Notes: a model not told the origin generated them from the sequence alone. A stretch of DNA of 11,936 nucleotides from a virus (IMGVR_UViG_2681813004_000015:1-11936), one strand, 5' to 3'. Counted from the stretch's first letter, positions 1 through 6,986 are shown. A program made the numbers and translations.

Positions 1-1
1 A

Positions 2-28
2 TTAGCCTGTTGGGGGATAGATCAGTGA
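2..28 (+). CDS. 3' end of upstream gene, possibly endolysin (last 8 codons only, ...LACWGIDQ)
   Basis: Frame 2 is open from the window edge to TGA at 26-28. That stop overlaps the GTG start of Rz (GTGA), the arrangement expected at an endolysin/Rz junction. Too short to identify the product. Confidence 0.3.
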   Translation, partial: LACWGIDQ

Positions 29-492
29 GCAGAGTCGCCGCGATTATTTATGCTCTGGTTATCTGCATCATCGTCTGCCTGTCGTGGGCGGTCAATCATT
101 ATCGTGATAACGCCATCGCCTATAAAGAACAGCGTGATAAAAAAGTCAGTGAGCTGAAGCAGGCGACCGCCACCATAACTGACATGCAGCAGCGCCAGCG
201 TGCTGCTGATGCACTCGATGCTAAATACACGAAGGAGTTAGCTGATGCGAAAGCTGAAAATGAAACTCTGCGCGCTGATGTTGCCGCTGGTCGTAAGCGC
301 CTGCGGGTCAATGCCAGTTGCTCCGCAGCCGTGCGTGAAGCCACCGGACCCACCAGCGTGGATAATGCAACCAGCCCCCGACTGGCAGACACCGCTGAAC
401 GGGATTATTTCACCCTCAGAGAACGGCTGATGACAATGCAAAAGCAACTGGAAGGGGCACAGGAGTATATCCGCACTCAGTGCATTAAGTAG
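25..492 (+). CDS. Rz: Rz i-spanin (inner-membrane spanin of lysis cassette)
   Basis: Translation resembles lambda Rz along its length: N-terminal TM helix ([19 protein letters not shown]) and a charged coiled-coil periplasmic domain. GTG at 25 sits where lambdoid Rz starts; the ORF track offers TTG at 10 as an alternative. Confidence 0.88.
   Translation: MSRVAAIIYALVICIIVCLSWAVNHYRDNAIAYKEQRDKKVSELKQATATITDMQQRQRAADALDAKYTKELADAKAENETLRADVAAGRKRLRVNASCSAAVREATGPTSVDNATSPRLADTAERDYFTLRERLMTMQKQLEGAQEYIRTQCIK
245..430 (+). CDS. Rz1: Rz1 o-spanin lipoprotein, embedded in the +1 frame of Rz
   Basis: 61-aa ORF lying wholly inside Rz in another frame. Signal peptide with lipobox LVVSAC followed by a proline-rich mature region ([27 protein letters not shown]), the hallmark of lambda-type Rz1. 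Confidence 0.88.
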   Translation: MRKLKMKLCALMLPLVVSACGSMPVAPQPCVKPPDPPAWIMQPAPDWQTPLNGIISPSENG

Positions 493-534
493 CCTTTTTA
501 TCGTGGTAAACATTTCGCAGGGTATGAGGTATTT

Positions 535-885
535 ATGCCATCACTAATCCCACGTGCCTGCCGTAAGCGTGGATGTGCAGGTACAACCACAGACAGTTCT
601 GGTTACTGCGATAAACATCGTGGCGAAGGATGGGTACAGCATCAACGCGGACTGAGTCGCCACCAGCGTGGCTATGGCTCGAAATGGGATGCCATACGTG
701 CGCGCATACTGAAGCGTGATAATCATCTGTGTCAGAACTGCCTGCGCAATGGGAGAGCCGTTGAAGCCAGAACTGTGGACCACATCATTCCGAAAGCTCA
801 TGGTGGCACGGATGCAGACAGTAACCTGCAGAGTCTGTGCTGGCCCTGCCATAAAGCAAAAACAGCGCGCGAACGCATCAATTGA
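535..885 (+). CDS. HNH endonuclease (phage packaging-associated)
   Basis: Cys pairs (CRKRGC, CQNC, CWPCH) plus H-N-H core (DHIIPKAHGG...N...CWPCH). GAGG RBS ~6 nt upstream of ATG. Position directly upstream of terS is typical of HK97-like packaging modules. Confidence 0.88.
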   Translation: MPSLIPRACRKRGCAGTTTDSSGYCDKHRGEGWVQHQRGLSRHQRGYGSKWDAIRARILKRDNHLCQNCLRNGRAVEARTVDHIIPKAHGGTDADSNLQSLCWPCHKAKTARERIN

Positions 886-1031
886 TAACAGTTCCCATCT
901 GTAGGGGAGGGGCGGGTCAAATCTCTGCAGCCCTGGCTGCTCAGTACCGCCGCCTGACCTTTCCTCGCATCGCCGCAGGTTCGAAAACTTTTTTGGAAAT
1001 GTGAACAAACGATTGATAGGTAAGACCGATT

Positions 1032-1514
1032 ATGTCAGGACCCCCGAAAACCCCGCCACGCCTGCATTTGATACGAGGCAACCCCTCAAAGCGCCCCGTT
1101 AAAGACCCCAAAAAAACCGCTAAAAAGGATGAAAAAGGTCTTCCTAAAATTCCGCAGCATTTAGGGGCACAGGGGAAGTACTGGTTCAGGCGAATGGCGG
1201 AAGAGCTGAATGCGGAAGGGATCATTTCTCAGCTTGATGCGCGTGCGCTCGAGTTACTGGTGGAAGCCTACACCGAATATCGGCATCACTGCGAAACACT
1301 GGATGTTGAGGGGTATACCTATCGCACGGAAACGCAGAGTGGTGATGTACTGATTAAGGCGCACCCCGCGGCGGCAATGAAAGCGGATGCCTGGAAGCGG
1401 ATCCGGGCGATGCTTGCAGAGTTTGGTATGTCACCGGCAAGCCGGGCGAAAGTAAATACCACCGGACCGGATGATGTTGATCCGCTGGCGGAGCTTTTAA
1501 AAGCGAGAGACTGA
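1032..1514 (+). CDS. terS: terminase small subunit (P27-family-like)
   Basis: 160-aa product with basic N-terminus and the conserved middle region of P27-type small terminases. Stop overlaps the terL start (TGATG, 1512-1516), indicating translational coupling. Confidence 0.8.
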   Translation: MSGPPKTPPRLHLIRGNPSKRPVKDPKKTAKKDEKGLPKIPQHLGAQGKYWFRRMAEELNAEGIISQLDARALELLVEAYTEYRHHCETLDVEGYTYRTETQSGDVLIKAHPAAAMKADAWKRIRAMLAEFGMSPASRAKVNTTGPDDVDPLAELLKARD

Positions 1515-2707
1515 TGGCAAAAGTGGCTGACGGGATCCGCTACGCCGAACGTGTTGTTGCAGGAGAAATTGTCGCTGGCGAATTTGTCCGTCTGGCCTGC
1601 CAGCGTTTTCTTGATGATCTGAAGTACGGCGAAGAGCGGGGGATTTATTTCAGTGAACCCCGTGCGCAGCACATCCTGAATTTCTACAAATTTGTGCCCC
1701 ATGTAAAAGGGGCGCTGGCAGGTCAGCCCATTGAGTTGATGGACTGGCATGTTTTTATCCTCATAAATATTTTTGGTTTTGTCATTCCGCTGGTGAATGA
1801 AGAGACCGGGGAAGTTGTCATGCGCAGCGATGGCAGCGGACGCCCGGTGATGGTGCGCCGGTTCCGGACGGCGTACAACGAAGTCGCCCGTAAAAACGCA
1901 AAATCAACCCTGTCATCGGGTATCGGTCTTTATATGACGGGGGCAGATGGTGAAGGCGGTGCTGAGGTGTATTCAGCCGCAACCACGCGTGACCAGGCCA
2001 GAATCGTGTTTGAAGACGCCAAAAATATGGTCAGAAAAGCCCGGTCGACACTCGGGCGGTTGTTTGATTTCAACAAGCTGGCGATTTACCAGGAGCAGAG
2101 CGCATCAAAATTTGAACCGCTTTCCTCGGATGCAAACAACCTGGACGGTCTGAACATCCACTGCGCCATTATTGATGAGCTGCATGCACATAAAACCCGC
2201 GACGTGTGGGACGTTCTGGAAACGGCAACCGGTGCCCGTCTGCAGTCCCTGTTATTTGGTATCACCACGGCGGGCTTTAACAAGGAAGGAATTTGTTACG
2301 AGCAACGCGATTACGCCATCAAGGTATTGCGAGGCTATAACAGTGACGTGGAGGGCGCGGTAAAAGACGACTCCTACTTTGCGATTATTTACACGCTCGA
2401 TGAGGGAGATGATCCGTTTGATGAAACGGTCTGGCAGAAAGCGAATCCGGGCCTGGGCATCTGTAAACGCTGGGATGATCTGCGTCGTCTGGCGAAAAAA
2501 GCGAAGGAACAGGTTTCAGCGCGGGTGAATTTTTTTACCAAGAAAGTAACATCACGCCGTAACAACAGTGCGACCTGTCCTGATTTTTTTAGTAACCAAA
2601 TGAAAGAAAAAGATTTTTTCTTGTTCGTCGTTTTTGTTTTTTCTGGAAGGTTCTGGCTGTTTTCATCATTTGTGTATTGCACTGTGTATTGCAAAAACGG
2701 GTTATAA
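1514..2707 (+). pseudogene. terL: terminase large subunit, 3'-truncated: ATPase domain only, terminase-like to about nt 2545
   Basis: N-terminal ~345 aa read as an HK97-family TerL ATPase domain. After ...ARVNFFTKK the frame runs through T-rich low-complexity codons (FFLFVVFVF...) into the int upstream region. No nuclease domain is present. Confidence 0.8.
2671..2693. repeat. two direct copies of TGTGTATTGCA separated by 1 nt, 20 bp upstream of int
   Basis: Exact 11-mer at 2671-2681 and 2683-2693. Lies in the AT-rich segment between the terL break and int, next to a short palindrome GAAAAAGATTTTTC at ~2607-2620. Candidate integrase arm-type or regulatory sites. Confidence 0.4.
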
Positions 2708-2712
2708 ATCAC

Positions 2713-3921
2713 ATGGCGCTAAACAAACTGAGCGATAAAAAACTTCGTTCCCTGCTTGGGCGCAGGAGTGAGAGGCAGGAAACCATCGCTGATGGTAACG
2801 GGCTTTCGGTACGGGTCAGTAAATACGGATGTGTTAGTTTTGTTTTCTTTTACAGACTGGCGGGAAGGGGAACCGCGCCCATCTGGCTGACACTTGGAAA
2901 ATATCCTGATCTGAGTCTCAAATCAGCGAGAGAGATGCGCGATCAGTGTCGAACCTGGCTTGCGGAGGGCAGAGATCCACGGATTCAGATAAAAATTGAA
3001 CGGGAAGCCACTTTGCAACCTGTTACCGTTCGTGAGGCACTTGAATACTGGCTTGATAATTATGCAATGGATAAGCGTAGGGGAGCAGAACATATCAGGC
3101 AGTGCTTTGGTAAACATATTTATCCGGTGATTGGTCATGTACCACTTAGTGATTGCTCTATATCTATGTGGATCAAGTGTTTTGACAAAATAAAAAAAGT
3201 AGCACCTGTACAGGCCGGAGCTTTGTTGCGTATATCAAAACAGGCGCTTAAATTTTGTAGGGTAAGAAAATACGCGATTAGTCATGAAATTGATGATCTT
3301 GAGGTCTGTGATGTGGGAAAAAAGTCTGCGCGAAGAAGCAGGGTTTTAACAGATGATGAAATCAGAGATTTATGGCGAAGTATTAATACTGATTATGACA
3401 ATCACGAATTATCATATGAAAACCGAATTATTTTACGTTTCCTGGTAGTTTTTGGTTGTCGACTGTCAGAAGTATTACTGTCGTCCTGGGTAGAGTGGGA
3501 TTTTGATAAGAAATTATGGCGCGTTCCCGCTGATCATAGCAAAAATGGCAGGGAAATAATCAGACCGATTCCTGATGGCATGTTTAACTGGTTAGTTACG
3601 TTAAAAAAAATAACAGGTAACAAAGAAAATGTGATTGGGTTTGATATGCGTCAGTGTACGGCAAGCGTAACTATCGGTAAGACATGGAAAAGGATGAAAC
3701 ACTCGGAAAAATGGACGGCGCATGATATGCGAAGAGTGTTTGCCACAAAGCTAAGTGATCATGGTTTTGAACATAATGTGGTTGAACAGTTGCTTGGGCA
3801 CACATTAGGCGGTGTTGCCGGGGTTTATAACAGAAGTCAGTATATGGACAGAAAAAAAGAAGCTATGAACTGGTGGTACGACTATCTGAATAAGCTAATT
3901 AGTGGTGACGGTAATGATTGA
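2713..3921 (+). CDS. int: tyrosine integrase, P4-integrase family
   Basis: N-terminal arm-binding domain pattern (GLSVRVSKYG...FVFFYRL...LTLGKYPDLSLKSAREMR) and C-terminal catalytic residues (R...HDMRR...LLGH...Y). ATG at 2713 (MALNKLSD) preferred over the upstream ATG at 2677. Confidence 0.92.
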   Translation: MALNKLSDKKLRSLLGRRSERQETIADGNGLSVRVSKYGCVSFVFFYRLAGRGTAPIWLTLGKYPDLSLKSAREMRDQCRTWLAEGRDPRIQIKIEREATLQPVTVREALEYWLDNYAMDKRRGAEHIRQCFGKHIYPVIGHVPLSDCSISMWIKCFDKIKKVAPVQAGALLRISKQALKFCRVRKYAISHEIDDLEVCDVGKKSARRSRVLTDDEIRDLWRSINTDYDNHELSYENRIILRFLVVFGCRLSEVLLSSWVEWDFDKKLWRVPADHSKNGREIIRPIPDGMFNWLVTLKKITGNKENVIGFDMRQCTASVTIGKTWKRMKHSEKWTAHDMRRVFATKLSDHGFEHNVVEQLLGHTLGGVAGVYNRSQYMDRKKEAMNWWYDYLNKLISGDGND

Positions 3922-4135
3922 AATAGTTACGCGTGAAGAACTTGAAAATGATAAAACAATCGACAGGATGATTAAGGAAGATGAATGTGCATGGTTAACA
4001 GCTCTTGGCAGGAGACACAGAGCATTACTTGAAAAGGAAGGAAAATTTCCACGGAAAATATGTATTGGCCCACAAACAAAAGTCTGGCGCTTATCTGAGG
4101 TGCTGGAATGGGTAAAGGGTGAATGGAAACCCTGA
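3914..4135 (+). CDS. alpA: AlpA-family DNA-binding protein (excisionase/activator type)
   Basis: Small HTH protein with AlpA-like motif (LLEKEGKFPRKICIGPQTKVWRLSEVLEWV). ATG at 3914 overlaps the int 3' end by 8 nt. Followed by a hairpin terminator. Confidence 0.75.
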   Translation: MIEIVTREELENDKTIDRMIKEDECAWLTALGRRHRALLEKEGKFPRKICIGPQTKVWRLSEVLEWVKGEWKP

Positions 4136-4156
4136 ACTAAATTAAATGAGATATAA

Positions 4157-4185
4157 TCAACCCGTCTTTTGGCGGGTTTTTTTAT
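4157..4185 (+). terminator. intrinsic terminator after first alpA-like gene
   Basis: Hairpin AACCCG-loop-CGGGTT (4159-4178) followed by a T-run (TTTTTTTAT). Confidence 0.6.
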
Positions 4186-4198
4186 AGGTGATATTTTT

Positions 4199-4477
4199 AT
4201 GCAAAAATTTATTTATCCTACACCCGAAGAACGCATTCAGATTCTGAAAGAACATGGCGAACCGTATGATCGCCGTATACGCGAACATGAGTGTGCCAAT
4301 CGTACCGGGCTTTCAAGAAGCAGACGTTGGGTACTTGAACAGGAGGGAGCATTTCCTGCTCGTGCTCATTTAGGGAAAGTGTCTGTTTCCTGGTTGCTCT
4401 CTGATGTGCTCTGGTGGGTTATGCATCCGCCAGGAGTAAAGGAAGTAAACAGCCCATACAAAAACGCCAATAAGTAA
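4199..4477 (+). CDS. second AlpA-family DNA-binding protein (paralog)
   Basis: Motif LEQEGAFPARAHLGKVSVSWLLSDVLWWV parallels the upstream AlpA-like gene. ATG at 4199 has an AGGTGA RBS and lies just past the preceding terminator; the track start at 4169 falls inside the hairpin. Confidence 0.65.
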   Translation: MQKFIYPTPEERIQILKEHGEPYDRRIREHECANRTGLSRSRRWVLEQEGAFPARAHLGKVSVSWLLSDVLWWVMHPPGVKEVNSPYKNANK

Positions 4478-4486
4478 TTACCGACA

Positions 4487-4516
4487 ACCCCGCACCACGC
4501 AATGCGGGGTTTTTTG
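4487..4516 (+). terminator. intrinsic terminator after second alpA-like gene
   Basis: Stem ACCCCGCA / TGCGGGGT (4487-4494 / 4503-4510) with 8-nt loop, followed by TTTTTTG. Confidence 0.7.
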
Positions 4517-4534
4517 TATGTGAGGTAGAAAGTG

Positions 4535-5128
4535 ATGAATAAAAATATTGCCGCGACGGGCAAGGGTGACGCACGTCATATGAAAAAATTCTGTGATATT
4601 CGTGATCTGGTCGTTCTGCGCTTTGATAGTGTGAACGTTCGCGTGGTGTATCTGAACGGCGATCCGTGGTTTGTTGGCGCTGATGTGTGTGCGGCGCTGG
4701 AAATTAGCAACGTTACCGATGCTGTTTCAGTTCTGGATAGCGATGAGGTAATGACCCTAGCTTTAACCGAGGGTCATTCAGGTAAGCGTGGTGGTGCCAG
4801 AAGTTGGAATGTTGTATCAGAATCAGGTTTTTACAAGTTGATCGCCAGAAGTCGCAAAGCTGTTAATCCTGGCACGTTCGCCCATCGTTTCAGTAATTGG
4901 GTATTCAGAAATGTGATACCGGGTATCAGAAAAACGGGGGGTTATGGTATCCCGTGGGGCGCATTACAGGATTTTTCCCGCCGCAAAGAGCAATACCAGA
5001 TAAGTGCCAGCGAGAAGGGGAGGGAGCTACAGGCATGTAAGCGCAAAAAGCGTGAGCTGGAGGAAGAAGAAAAAAGGCTGATACGTGAATACCAGCCTGA
5101 GTTTTACTTTGGTGAGCGTATTCAGTAA
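4535..5128 (+). CDS. Bro-N domain protein (antirepressor-like) with C-terminal charged coiled-coil tail
   Basis: N-terminal region matches the Bro-N pattern (VRVVYLNGDPWFVGADVCAALEISNVTDAV...SGFYKLIARSRKAVNPGTFAHRFSNWVFRNVIPGIRKTGGY). GAGG RBS 9 nt upstream of ATG 4535. C-terminus is K/E-rich. Confidence 0.82.
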   Translation: MNKNIAATGKGDARHMKKFCDIRDLVVLRFDSVNVRVVYLNGDPWFVGADVCAALEISNVTDAVSVLDSDEVMTLALTEGHSGKRGGARSWNVVSESGFYKLIARSRKAVNPGTFAHRFSNWVFRNVIPGIRKTGGYGIPWGALQDFSRRKEQYQISASEKGRELQACKRKKRELEEEEKRLIREYQPEFYFGERIQ

Positions 5129-5282
5129 CCACACGCGGTGTTGATTATACGGTGCATCGTGTTGACCGGGAAGCTACCCACCAGCAAGGCAAAATCTTCT
5201 GCTAAAAATGACATATGGCCAGTCGTCCGGAAAGCATGAAATTTTACAAAAATGGAAAATGAAGATTTTTATTGTGCTGGTG

Positions 5283-5318
5283 GGTAAAAACAAAAAGCGC
5301 CCCGTTACCGGAGCGCCC
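5283..5318 (-). terminator. intrinsic terminator on the minus strand
   Basis: Minus-strand hairpin (GCGCUCC / GGGGCGC, loop GGUAAC; plus 5297-5316) followed by UUUUUGUUUUU (plus 5286-5296). Confidence 0.5.
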
Positions 5319-5360
5319 TTGCGAACAATTAACCTACTGCGCAAAAAATGAATCTGTGCG
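5286..5360 (-). ncRNA. candidate small RNA (~75 nt) bounded by promoter-like element and terminator; hypothetical
   Basis: Minus strand has an extended -10 (TGATATAAT, plus 5366-5374) and the terminator at 5283-5318 about 75 nt downstream. No convincing ORF or RBS in between. Purely structural inference. Confidence 0.25.
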
Positions 5361-5365
5361 GGGGG

Positions 5366-5395
5366 ATTATATCAACCGTGGTCGAAATGACCATA
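5366..5395 (-). promoter_or_regulatory. sigma70-like promoter with extended -10 on the minus strand
   Basis: Minus strand reads ...TGGTCA-(15/16 nt)-TGATATAAT; perfect TATAAT preceded by TG at the extended -10 position; weak -35. Confidence 0.35.
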
Positions 5396-5410
5396 GTTGC
5401 AGGATAACAG

Positions 5411-5442
5411 GCAAAACAAAGGCCACCCGCTACGGTGGCCCC
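5411..5442 (-). terminator. intrinsic terminator downstream of the minus-strand repressor gene
   Basis: Perfect 7-bp stem GGCCACC / GGTGGCC (5421-5427 / 5434-5440) with 6-nt loop; on the minus strand followed by UUUGUUUUG. Confidence 0.55.
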
Positions 5443-5542
5443 TCGACACAAGCACACGTTATCCCCAACGCATGAGCATAACCAACAATGCCACATTTAC
5501 GGCTGGTGGGCAATGTGATCAGTGTGCTGGCTTGCTGGTGGG

Positions 5543-5848
5543 TTATTCCTGCTCTTTGGCCTTGCGCCGCTGGAGTTCTTCACGCGCGACGGCAACAAGT
5601 TGCCCGATCTCCTCGGCAGCTTTGACTCCGATTTTTTCCACCTGAGCCAGTGCATCAAGTGAAGAAACTAGGGGATTTTCTCCGCTTCCTTCTGCCTGGC
5701 GGCGGGCGATCTCTCCGCGCATGGCGGTTACTATGAATCCGGCGTTGCTTTCGCCGTCCAATTTTACGGATTCCATGCCCTCCATAACATCGTGGGGAAC
5801 TCGGACGGTGGTCAATTGTGATTTAGCGTTTTTGTTGGTAGTCGCCAT
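5543..5848 (-). CDS. putative ribbon-helix-helix (Arc/Mnt/CopG-like) transcriptional repressor
   Basis: 101-aa ORF with GGAG RBS 8 nt upstream of ATG (5848). Segment RVPHDVMEGMESVKLDGESNAGFIVTAMRGEI fits the RHH beta-strand/helix pattern of Arc/Mnt. Transcribed divergently from the replication operon across an operator-bearing promoter. Confidence 0.6.
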   Translation of the reverse strand: MATTNKNAKSQLTTVRVPHDVMEGMESVKLDGESNAGFIVTAMRGEIARRQAEGSGENPLVSSLDALAQVEKIGVKAAEEIGQLVAVAREELQRRKAKEQE

Positions 5849-5868
5849 AACTGAAACTCCTCAAATTT

Positions 5869-5948
5869 GGTGTGTTTCAGTATACACAAAAAAGAAATAC
5901 AAAAAAGGCTTGACGTGTGTTTCACTCCTAAATAACATGAAACACACC
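5869..5948 (+). promoter_or_regulatory. promoter for the rightward operon overlapped by operator repeats (GTGTGTTTCA motif)
   Basis: -35 TTGACG (5910-5915), 17-bp spacer, -10 TAACAT (5933-5938). Motif GGTGTGTTTCA at 5869-5879, GTGTGTTTCA at 5915-5924 and its inverted copy TGAAACACACC at 5938-5948; the latter two form a palindrome bracketing the -10. Confidence 0.5.
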
Positions 5949-6044
5949 AAAGGTTTTATTGAAATACAAACGACGAAACCCCGCACTGTTGGAGCAGTAA
6001 CGGGGCTTCTAACCACCAACGATAGCAAGAGTATCGAGGTAGCT

Positions 6045-6248
6045 ATGAGAAATCATACCACACACCCGCAAGGGCGGGACTCGCACAACCTGAATAAATA
6101 CATCTGGCGTTTTATCGCCCTGAGCACGGCACAACCGCGCGTGATTACCATTGAGGCCACCAGCGAACAGGAAGCACGCCAGCAATCTCCTGATGGCTGT
6201 GTGATGGTATTCGCCTCCCGTATTCGTCAGGAGGTGCACCATGATTAA
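6045..6248 (+). CDS. hypothetical small protein (67 aa), first gene of the rightward operon
   Basis: ATG 6045 preceded by GAGGTAG RBS; the longer track ORF from 5721 overlaps the repressor gene and promoter. Stop overlaps the next start. Confidence 0.5.
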   Translation: MRNHTTHPQGRDSHNLNKYIWRFIALSTAQPRVITIEATSEQEARQQSPDGCVMVFASRIRQEVHHD

Positions 6249-6453
6249 TCTGTCACTTACCGACCTTAACCGCATTCAGTTTCGTGAGAAATTTACCGGG
6301 CAGCTACTGGTCAATGTGGATAAAGGTCGCGTGGTGTGTAATTACCACCTGCCAGATGAAGCAATTGTCGCAACAAGGGAATCATTACAGGAACTCGCAG
6401 AACGTGCCGGAATGATTAATGCGAATATTCAGGGGGTGAGCCATGTGCAATAA
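6241..6453 (+). CDS. hypothetical small protein (70 aa)
   Basis: AGGAGG RBS immediately upstream of ATG 6241; overlaps the previous ORF by 8 nt and the next by 11 nt, indicating coupling. Confidence 0.55.
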   Translation: MINLSLTDLNRIQFREKFTGQLLVNVDKGRVVCNYHLPDEAIVATRESLQELAERAGMINANIQGVSHVQ

Positions 6454-6772
6454 CACCCGTCCGGACGCAGCCGCCGAAGCTATCAGAACGCTGATGCACG
6501 CGCTGATTGATATTTCATGCACGGCAGCAACCGCAGAAAAACACATTACCAGAGAGACCGAAGCTATCAGAACGCTGATGCACGCGCTGATTGATATTTC
6601 ATGCACGGCAGCAACCGCAGAAAAACACATTACCAGAGAGACGGAATATACAGGGGCAATAATCCCGCATTCGCTGGTCTACACACAGCTTACCGCTGAT
6701 ATGGCGCTGAATGAGGCTAAAGCCATCCTGATTGCTGATTGTGAAAATGGCGGGGGCGATTATGCGAAATAA
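6443..6772 (+). CDS. hypothetical protein (109 aa) containing a 28-residue exact tandem repeat
   Basis: GGGGTGA RBS upstream of ATG 6443. Residues EAIRTLMHALIDISCTAATAEKHITRET occur twice in tandem, encoded by an 84-bp direct repeat. Confidence 0.55.
   Translation: MCNNTRPDAAAEAIRTLMHALIDISCTAATAEKHITRETEAIRTLMHALIDISCTAATAEKHITRETEYTGAIIPHSLVYTQLTADMALNEAKAILIADCENGGGDYAK
6476..6643 (+). repeat. 84-bp tandem direct repeat, two copies, in-frame within a small ORF
   Basis: 6476-6559 and 6560-6643 are identical except for the final base (83/84). Confidence 0.95.
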
Positions 6773-6980
6773 ACATGATATTGAAGACCTGGCATTTGAA
6801 GCCCTGCACTCTGCGAAAAAAATCAGGGAAGTCGTCAATATGTGGATGAACAGCCTTAGCACCGATAAATCCGATAGCAGAGAAGAAATTCTTATTTCTT
6901 TGTTGTTAGACCTGGCAAATACACAGGTTTCTCTGACATCTGATATTGAGCTCGCCGCTAAAAAGCTGCCTCTGGAGTAA
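6762..6980 (+). CDS. hypothetical small protein (~72 aa)
   Basis: ATG 6762 with G-rich RBS; overlaps the stop of the preceding ORF. The track ORF starts earlier at 6732, so the start is uncertain. Confidence 0.45.
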   Translation: MRNKHDIEDLAFEALHSAKKIREVVNMWMNSLSTDKSDSREEILISLLLDLANTQVSLTSDIELAAKKLPLE

Positions 6981-6986
6981 AAAAAC

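Larger units (their letters stand above)
5177..5541. other. cluster of four Chi octamers (GCTGGTGG) in a non-coding region
   Basis: Exact GCTGGTGG at 5276-5283, 5502-5509 and 5534-5541 on the + strand, each followed by a further G; reverse complement CCACCAGC at 5177-5184. Other copies in the window: + strand 8243, 8305, 9661; - strand 350, 660, 7197. Confidence 0.5.

Noticed and set aside
120-513. Minus-strand ORFs of 90 and 91 aa within Rz
   Set aside because: Antisense to the Rz/Rz1 pair, whose nested arrangement fully accounts for the region.
2546-2707. The C-terminal 53 residues of the terL ORF as genuine coding sequence
   Set aside because: Composition is T-rich and low complexity (FFLFVVFVFSGRFWLFSSFVY) and overlaps the int upstream region; this is read-through past the true terminase-like sequence.
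2546-2712. A tRNA or tmRNA attachment site next to int
   Set aside because: No tRNA-like T-arm, acceptor-stem or CCA-bearing sequence is visible between the terL break and the int start.
5208-5357. Approximately 49-codon plus-strand ORF in the Bro-N/repressor intergenic region
   Set aside because: No Shine-Dalgarno sequence and it is traversed by the hairpin of the minus-strand terminator. Treated as non-coding, though a small protein cannot be excluded.
5272-5645. Track ORFs of 67 and 82 aa on the plus strand (5272-5475, 5397-5645)
   Set aside because: No RBS; they span terminator hairpins and the 3' end of the minus-strand gene. The region is better explained by regulatory elements.
5721-6248. 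175-aa plus-strand ORF starting at 5721
   Set aside because: Its first ~108 codons overlap the minus-strand repressor gene and the operator/promoter region. Only the 3' part from ATG 6045, which has an RBS, is plausible.
6476-6643. Possible CRISPR array suggested by exact direct repeats
   Set aside because: Only two directly abutting 84-bp units with no spacers, lying in-frame inside an ORF. The origin iterons at 9443-9568 are 10-mers at helical spacing. Neither has CRISPR architecture.
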